A stretch of DNA of 64,000 nt, taken from the human T2T-CHM13v2.0 reference genome, Homo sapiens. Location: the NCBI RefSeq assembly GCF_009914755.1, contig NC_060927.1. One strand, 5' to 3'. A program made the position numbers and the translations under genes. The notes below the pieces were generated by a model that saw only the letters and a program-made list of their open reading frames with translations, was not told where the DNA came from and ran no database searches. This document shows, one piece after another, positions 55,401 through 64,000 of this stretch; within the stretch, counting starts at the first letter, position 1, and the number at the start of each line of letters is the position of its first letter.

Positions 55401-56165
55401 GTTAATGGGAAAATCACTATAAACAATAAGAGAACAAATATTAGTTTAAGAAAAAATTCAATGACCTTCATTTATGCAAACAATAGAGGTTCTAAGAGGT
55501 ACATAGAAAATAAGAGAAAAAATATTAAGCACTCCTGCAAAACACAAAAGGAGACTTGAATGAATGAAAAGACATGCCATATTCTAGGATAGGAAGATTC
55601 AATATTATAAAGAGAAAATTCTGCCTAATTCACAAGTTAAATGCAATCTCAATAAAATATTATCAAGTTTTGGGTTTTTTTCTGGTATTAGATAAGTTGT
55701 TTATAAAGCTCAATGAAAAAAACAGGTAAAATATCCAGGAAAACCCTTAAGAAGGCAAGGAATACGGAAGTGGGTATGGCTAGCTGTACCAGGTATTAAA
55801 ATATGCTACAAAACGTAGCATACAAAATATGCTACAAAATGAAGGTAAAAGGTAGAAGAGACAGGAATGGAAGTTAATCTTTTCTGAATATTCCCTGTTT
55901 TGCAGTTTTGACTTTGGAACCATGTAAACATTTAATTATAAGGCAAAATTAAATTTGAAAAAATATCTAAAAATTGAAAACAAAATGAAACAAATGAACC
56001 TGACTGTTCCATGGGCTATAGGTCCACAGAGACCTTAAATACTATGGAGAGGAATGATTTTGAGAGACATTAAAATATGGCTCTGCATCCATAGAAATAT
56101 ATATGTAATGAAGAAAAAGAATTGTAAAATTTCAAAATTGATTTAGGTCAATAATTCATTCCAGA

Positions 56166-56197
56166 AAGCAAGGACGTTATTAAGCAAGGACGTTACT
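56166..56197. repeat. 16-bp tandem duplication
   Basis: aagcaaggacgttatt / aagcaaggacgttact. Confidence 0.85.
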
Positions 56198-56789
56198 AAG
56201 TTTATATCAAAAGAATTCAAGAGCCAACTTGAAAAAGCTTTTATTGGCCAAATATGGGACAACTTAAGATTTCAAAGGAATTATAATAACTGAAATAGAT
56301 GGAAACACTGAAATATATTTAAAAAATCCATAAATTCTTAATAATACTGGGGCATTCTTGCCAGAAAACAGACCCTGAAATCTGATCAAGTTCTACATAT
56401 GCATTTATAGGAAACACAGAATGTGAGAAATGCTATGGGACAAACCAGCCTGGTTTCTTCACTAAGTAAATTACAGGGGGAAAAAAAAAGGGGAGCGAGA
56501 ACGAACTGATTAAAGGAGGCTTCAGAGACATCTCAGTCAAATACAGTGCTTAAACCTTGTTTAAATCTTCACTTAAACAAATAGAAACAATTGTTTAATA
56601 AATGAGAGACTCTGGCAAACATAAACAATGGCAGAATATTTGGTGGCATTAAGGAAGTATAGTTAGCATTCTTAAGAATAATGTTTTATAGTTTTATTAA
56701 TGGAAAGATTTATTATCTGTTAGCAATGTTAGCAATACATACTGAAGTATTTTCTGATGAGATGACAAGATGTTTGGGATAGGAACACA

Positions 56790-56970
56790 GTGTGACTTTC
56801 ATTGGCACTTTTGCCTTCATGGGCCCCTTTTAACACAACAGATTTTCATGGACCCTAAAAAGTTCGTTGCTTTCTGATGCAAGAAAAAAAAATTAGAATA
56901 TTTTAGTTAATCTTACGTGTTCATTCTCTTCTTCTGATTTTGAAAGAAATTAAAACATTTTCATAGGTTC
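56790..56970. mobile_element. MER91-like hAT-Tip100 fragment
   Basis: ttcttctgattttgaaagaaattaaaacattttc and catggaccctaaaaag resemble recalled MER91 sequence. Confidence 0.45.
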
Positions 56971-57031
56971 TTGAGGAGTTTAACAAGGCTCCCAGGTGAC
57001 TCTAATGTATAATAAGTTTGATGTACTATAC

Positions 57032-57264
57032 CAGTGGTTCTTAACTGGAAGTGATTTTACACTCTAGAGAACATTTGGCAATGTCTGAATACACTTTTGA
57101 TTTTCAGACTGACACAGGCAGCAGGGTGTGTGAGTGTGTATGTGACGGGGGTGAAATACTACTGGCATCTAGTAGCTAGGGTTGCTGTTAAGGATCCTAC
57201 AGGCACAGGACAGCTCCCCACAGGAAAATCCAAACGTCAATAGTGCACGTGTGGAGAAACCCTG
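57032..57264. mobile_element. MER20
   Basis: cagtggttcttaac...acatttggcaatgtctg...ctactggcatctagt...cacaggacagctcccca...gagaaaccctg. Confidence 0.88.
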
Positions 57265-57267
57265 ATC

Positions 57268-57400
57268 CTTCTCTCCCCCCTCCCTTCCTTCCTTTTTCTT
57301 TCCTTTCTTCTTTTTTTCCTTCTTTTCCTCTATTCTTCCTTCTCACATTCTTTCTTTCTCTCCTCTATCATCTATCAATCAATCATCTATTTCCTTACCT
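57268..57400. repeat. Pyrimidine-rich low-complexity tract
   Basis: cttccttcctttttctttcc... followed by tcta/atca repeats. Confidence 0.8.
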
Positions 57401-58555
57401 CCTACTTATTTCTCTACAGGCAGCAGAGCACTCAGAAAGCCACAAAGTGTTCCTTTTCTGCATTTTTATTTATTCAATTACAGATGACCCTCTCCTTTTA
57501 TCCTCCTCATAAAAAGTTTAATGACTCCTCATAAAAAGTAGATATATGGCTAAAGGAGGTATTATTTTATTTCTGGCCAAAGAGGGTCATTTACCTCCCT
57601 GGGAATAGGAGGGTGCTACTCAACGTGTAAGTGATAATTGCCATCCTATGCCTGAAGTCACAGCTCTTGGCCATTCTGCATAGGAGCTTCCACATGAAGG
57701 GCCAAATAGCCAGGAATCCTGATTTTGGCTTGAAGGTTTCCAGTGGGGTTGAGGCTTGAAATATCTCAGTTCTTACAGAGACACCAGGTGCAACTCTGAG
57801 TTGCTCCTCAAGAACATGGAAGTGAACATGTCTGCTAAGAGTTCAACTGCAAAGCTCATACAGAATGGATTTAAGCAAAGACATATAAAGCAACCTTAAA
57901 GAGCTTGGGATTAACCAATCAGATGGGATTCTAACCTGACAGATCATATCGATGAATCAAAAAATTGTATCTGTCAGAAGGTTTGTGGGGCAAAAGTAGT
58001 GAGGAAAATGTAAAACTACTAAGGCAAACATCATCACTGTCCAGCTACCCAGCTAACACTTTCCAGGGGATTAGTTGTCCTGAGAAGTCAACATGAATGT
58101 TTAGTCTGCCTGATGGACAGTGGAGGTGGGCACTCCTGGTTTTCAGAGTCTGAAGCCATTAACTGTCTCAGTTACCCAGTTCTGATTTCAGGCAATAACA
58201 ACAACCTTCTGATGATTGTCTTCTCTGTGGTTTGCCCACAAGAAAATGCCCTGGTGAAGCTGATATTGCTGCTTGATGGTTGTGTTTTTCACTGAACATT
58301 AATCAATTGGCCTTTTAGTTTATAGGCACCAGTCTCCAGTAAATTTGCTTAGTTATCCTTAATTGGTTGAATCACCTCCGGGCCATTGACAACAAGGAAC
58401 GTCTAGACTTTCAAGGTAGAGGAAAGGCCAGAGCATGGCCTATAAAAACATCTCCTGAAATCTGCTTCTGGCGTTCAGCCTACTGTCTTCCTTTGGTGAC
58501 TTTGAATGCATATTTTCTTCCAACTTTTACATTCCCAAGGTGCTCAGAAAGCCTT

Positions 58556-59048
58556 CGTGATAGATCGAAAAAGTGGCCACGATACTTTGGAGCTTCTTCC
58601 ACCAAGAGATGTAGTCTATCTCCTTACCTTTTAAATCTGTAATGACCATGTGACTTGCTTTGACCTAGACTGTGGAGGAAGTGACCTGTGTGAGTTCTGA
58701 GCCTAGGCCCTAAAGAGGTCTTAAGGGGCTCTGTTCTTGCATTCTTCGAACCCTAAGTTCACTGTGTGTGTTAGTCCAAGCTGGCCTGGGGATGATGAGA
58801 GCCATATGGCCCCACCCCTCCTCTCATTCCAGACCACAGCCAGCCAACCTCCAGAAGCAGAACCACCCTCCTCTTGGGTAGCTGACCACAAATGCCTGAG
58901 AAAGTCCAGGCAAGATCAACAGAAGAATCACCTAGATTAGTTCATCCCAACTTGTCAGTACTCAGAATCATAAGCTAAATAAATGCTTCTAGTTCTAAGC
59001 TACTAAATTTTGCATTATTCTGTTATATAACAGTAGATAATTGATATG
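58556..59048 (+). mobile_element. MLT1G/H-like MaLR solo LTR
   Basis: ccaccaagagatgtagtctat...gtgacttgctttgacc...gagttctgagcctaggcc...tgttatataacagtagataattgata. Confidence 0.78.
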
Positions 59049-59320
59049 ACACTATTTTCATTTTAATAACTCTCATTTATAACCTGAATTTATTGCCATG
59101 GTTTTGTCTTTCAGAAGACATGGGTTTTGCCTCTTGATATAACATAATTGGAATTGATTTTGGGCTTTCATATAAGCTTCAATGGCTCTAGAAGAAGAAA
59201 TAGCCCTTGTTTCTTCCATCGAGATGCTAAAAGATGAGAGGGTTGGGTACAGTGTAAAGAAAATTTGGGGTTTGTCAATATTATTTTGAAAAGAAATAGG
59301 AAGATTAAATACTTTTTTTA

Positions 59321-59494
<174 letters not shown>

Positions 59495-60241
59495 TCACAT
59501 TTCCACATTAAAACTGCTTGAGAAACCATTGTGATGCTTATGAAAAGAACAATAGCCTGGAAGAGGTGCCTTAATAAAAACTTGATGTAGTAAATCTTTT
59601 AAGGGTACCCACTAAGCAGGTCATTATGCACAGAACTCCTGTGGTCACTGTCCTGGCTGTTGTTTCATGAATAATGCCAATAATATTTTCCAGCATGTGG
59701 ATGCTGAGAATGATCCCTTCTATATCAAAAGGAGTTGAAATTAAGGATAGGGCTGCCTTTGCCCATTGATAGAGAATTCTCAGTTCTGTAGGACTGTCAG
59801 TCTTACAGTATAAATTCTCTTCTCTTGGGGTCAGCAAAGGTAAAGACTCTTAGTGGGGTGAAGGGTATAGCAAGACAACTCTGCTGCTAAATAATTGGAT
59901 GGTCTGGTAATCTGTGACCTTGAGTCACATCAGATTGCAAGTCAGAAGAGAAGTTTCTAGAAGAAAAATCCCAGGACCATACTTATACTAGCTTATCACC
60001 AACTCAATTACAATATCCTGGAAAGGCGTGACAAGGCAGATCTTAAGATTATAAACTATGTCTATAACATAGGAAAACCCTTTTAAAACCACTTTACTAA
60101 TCACAAACTTGGCTAATCCTGGCCTAAGAATCTATATGAGTCAAATCTTATCTTGCCATAACTATGGTTCAAATAATTCAATTTGGTTCAGAATGTATGA
60201 GTAGCTGCTCTGTGCCTAGCATTGTACTGTGTACTTGAGGG

Positions 60242-60399
60242 CAGGGATTCCCAAAGTGTGGTTCCTGGACCAGCAGGAGCTGCATCACCTGGAAACTTCT
60301 TAAAAACACAAATTTCTAGTCCCCACCCAGAACTACCGACAGACACTCTGGAGGTGGGTCTCCTGGGTGATTCTGAGGCACAAAGTTTCAGAACCACTG
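60242..60399 (+). mobile_element. MER5A, internally deleted
   Basis: cagggattcccaaagtgtggttcctggaccagcag...aaagtttcagaaccactg; TSD-like cttgaggg/ctctaggg. Confidence 0.85.
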
Positions 60400-60488
60400 C
60401 TCTAGGGGATATACAAATAAAGTTAAATGGAATTCTGTCATATTGATTTTTCTACTTAGGAAGTCTTTTGTTAGTGGAAGTCTTGGAA

Positions 60489-60801
<313 letters not shown>

Positions 60802-61135
60802 TAACATAATTCTTTTATAAGTGATTCCCTCTTCCACCGGATTCCTTAATATAACTAGATCCTAGACTCATTGTTAAATTTCTTCTAATGCATTGAAGTG
60901 GAGAAATAATGTTTCTGTGTGACTTTGTCATGTGTTCTAGTACACTTAGGATGATTAAAGTGATAGCAAGAAGGAGAATTAGGTAAAAAATTGTTTGGGT
61001 TAAAATAAATTTCCCAACTTTATATGAAAATGCTAAAAAGTGAAGAAGTCTCATGCAACAGTTTTGAAAAACTCAATAGCAACTAGAAATTTCCTCTGAA
61101 GTTAAAATCTTTATGTGTATGTATGTATGAGTATA

Positions 61136-61138
<3 letters not shown>

Positions 61139-61166
<28 letters not shown>
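61139..61166. repeat. (GT)14 microsatellite
   Basis: Direct reading. Confidence 0.97.
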
Positions 61167-61169
<3 letters not shown>

Positions 61170-61444
61170 TGCAGGCTACCCACAAGTGAACAGTTTTGCC
61201 TGGTATTTATTTTGTATCTACTGAGAAAGCAAGAGAAATCAATGTCATGTTGCTTCACTCATCGGAAAACCTTGCCATCATGTTCCTTGTGAAACTCTAG
61301 GAGCACCTCCCCATTAGAGTAAAGGGGGATATTATAGAAATTCTTGGTAACAGGAGAATTTACCAATATCAATGAGAAGAATGCTCTCAGGAGCAGAGGA
61401 GAGGAGGTTCTGGAAGAAAAGTACAGCAATAGTCATCCTTTCAA

Positions 61445-64000
61445 TTTTTTATTTTTTGGGCTGTTACCTCAAGAATTTATCCTTTATGTTAGAAACATTC
61501 CACTTATACTGTTTTGGTTATTATAAAATATGTAATAAATTATTGTTGACTATAGTCACCATATTGTTCTGTCAAATACTAGATCTTATTCATTCTAACT
61601 AGATATTTTGTACTCATTAACCATTATTACTTCCCTCCTCCCCTACTACCCTTCGCAGCCTCTGCTGTCCATCATTGTATTTTCTATCTCCATGAGTTCA
61701 GTTGTTTTAATATTTAATATTTAGCTCCCACAAATAAGTGAGAACATGTGAAGTTTGTCCTTCTGTACTTAGCTTATTTTACTTAATATAAAGACCTCCA
61801 GTTTTATCCATGTTGTCACAAATGACAGAATTTTATTTGTACTTTTTAGAGTACGGAATAGTACTCCACTGTGTATATGTGCCACATTTTCTTTATTCAT
61901 TCATCTATTGATAGACTTGTAGGTTGCTTCCAAATCTTAGCTATTATGAATAGTGCTGCAATAAATATGGGAGGGCAGATATCTCCTGTATATACTGATT
62001 TCCTTTCTTTTGGGTATATACCTAGCAGTGTGATTGCTGGGTCATATGGTTGTTCTATTTTTAATTTTTTGAGGAACCTCCAAACTGTTCTCCAAAATGA
62101 TTATACTAATTTACATTTCCACCAACAGTATATGACAGTTCCCTTTTCTCCGCATCCTTGCCAGTATTTATTATGGCCTTTTGAATTTATCCAAAAAAGT
62201 TAATATTAACTGAGGTGAGTGCTATCTCATTGCAGTTTTTTTTTGCATATCTCTGATGATCAATGATGTTGAGCACCTTTTCACATATCTATTTGCCATC
62301 TGTATGTCTTCTTTTGAGAAATGTTTATTCATATCTTTTGCCCATTTCCAAATTGAATTATTAGATTTTTTTTCTCATAGAGTTGTTTGAGCTCCTTATA
62401 TCTTTTGGTTATTAACCCCCTGTCAGATGGATAGTTGGCAAATATTTTCTCTCATTCTGTGGGTTTTCTCTTCACTTTTTTTATTGCTTCCTCTGCAGTG
62501 CAGAATTTTTTTTTAACTTGATGTGATCCCCTTTGTCCATTTTTGGTTGGTTGCTTGTGCTTGTGGGGTATTATTCAAGAAATCTTTACCCAGTCCAATG
62601 ACTTAGAGAGTTTCCCTAATGTTTTCTTTTAGTATTTTCACAGTTCGAAGTCTTAAATTTATGTCTTTAATCCATTTTGATTTGATTTTTGTATATGGTA
62701 AGAGATGGGGGTCTAGTTTCATTCTTCCACATATTGATATCCAGTTTTCCCAGCACCATTTATTCAAGAGACTATCCTTTCCATAATGTCTGTTCTTGGC
62801 ACCTTTGTCAAAAATGAACTCAATGCATGTGTATGAATTTGTTTCTGGGTTCTCTATTCTGTTCCATGGGTTTATGTGTCTGTTTTTATGCCAGTACCGT
62901 GCTGTTTACTGTCACTTTGTAGTATAAATTGAAGTCAGGTAATGTGATTCCTCCAGTTTTGTTCTTTTTGCTTAGGATAGCTTCGGCTATTCTGGGTCTT
63001 TCATAGTTTCATATAAATTTTAGGATTGTGTTTTCTAGTTCTGTGAAGAATGTCATTGGTATTTTGATAAAGATTGCATTGAATCTGTAGATTGCTTTGG
63101 GTAGTATGCACATTTTAATAATATTAATTTTTCTAATCCCTGAACATGGACTATTTTTCCATTGTATTGTGTCCTCTTCAGTTTCTTTCATCAATATTTT
63201 ACTGTTTTCATTGTAGAGATCTTTCACTTTTTTGGTAAGTGAATTCCTTTTATTTGTAGCTATTATAAATGGGATTATTTTCATGATTTCTTTTTCAGAT
63301 TGCTGCTGGAATATAGAAATGCCACTGATTTTTTATGTTGATTTTGTATCTGCAACTTTGCTGAGTTTATTAGTTCTAACAGTTTTCTTGTAGAGTCTTT
63401 AGGTTTTTCCAAATATAAGATTATATCATCTGCAAACAAGTATAAATTGACTTCTTCCTTTTCAATTTGAATGCCCTTTATTTCTTTCTCTTCTATGATT
63501 GCTCCAGCTAGGACTTCCATTTCCATGTTGAATAACAGTGATGAAAGTGGGCATCCTTGTCTTTTTCCAGATCTTAGAGGAAAGGCTTTCAGTTTTTCCC
63601 AATTCAGCATGATACTAGCTGTGGGCTGTTGTATATGGCTTTTGTTGTGTTGACGTATGTTTCTTCTATACTCAGTTTTTTGCATTTTTTTTTTATCATG
63701 AAGGGATGTTGAATTGTATCAAATGCTTCTTCAGTATTAATTGAAATGAGCATATGATTTTTGTCCTTCATTCTGTTGGTATGATGTATCACATTGATTG
63801 ATTTGCATATGTTAAACCATTCTTGCATCCCTGGGATAAATCCCTCTTGGTCATGGTGCATGATCTTTTTCATGTGTTGTTGAATTAAGTTTGCTAGGAT
63901 TTCAATGAGGATTTTTGTATCAATGTTCATCAGGGATATTGGCCTGTAGTTTTCTTTTTTTGATGTATCTTTGTATGGTTTTGGTATCAGGGCAATACTA
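61445..64000 (-). mobile_element. L1MA (L1MA3/4-like) 3' portion, continues beyond the window
   Basis: Minus-strand ORF2 pieces MNIDTKIL..., [13 protein letters not shown]...LFADDIILY and [11 protein letters not shown]; L1MA-type 3' UTR near 61450-61760. Confidence 0.93.

Larger units (their letters stand above)
54893..56780 (+). mobile_element. Old L1M (L1MC-like) ORF2 and 3' end fragments, split by an Alu
   Basis: aatggggaaacact...aataagacaagga...atgattacatatttggaaaa; aaagacatgccatattctaggataggaagattcaatatt; L1MC-like 3' sequence (atacatactgaagtattt). Confidence 0.65.

Noticed and set aside
57400-57420. Strong-looking splice acceptor (ttatttctctacag)
   Set aside because: It follows a low-complexity pyrimidine tract, and I found no matching donor or open exon.

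Overview
This window is primate, almost certainly human, nuclear DNA. The evidence is an AluYa5 that matches the consensus as I recall it, plus AluY/S/J, L1PA/PB/MA, THE1 and MLT1 elements. It is AT-rich, CpG-depleted and intronic or intergenic. I find no supportable cellular protein-coding gene, RNA gene or CpG-island promoter. The ORF track consists of broken L1 ORF1/ORF2 pieces, Alu/LTR translation artefacts and chance ORFs. Main landmarks: (i) a four-level nest at 15.3-20.1 kb (MER44 > full-length Tigger1 > THE1C LTR > TSD-flanked internal L1 fragment, with two more Alus in the Tigger1); (ii) a full-length decayed L1PB1 (25395-31860) with a 5'-truncated AluYa5 in its 5' UTR; (iii) a two-LTR THE1D with an internal deletion; (iv) an Alu containing an inverted Alu segment that forms a near-spacerless hairpin. 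I do not see a new multi-gene biological system. The best leads are atypical insertion and rearrangement signatures and one speculative 27-nt microexon. Subfamily names come from recalled consensus sequences, not a database run. Boundaries of old elements (MIR, L2, L1M) are approximate, and not every small MIR/L2 fragment is listed.
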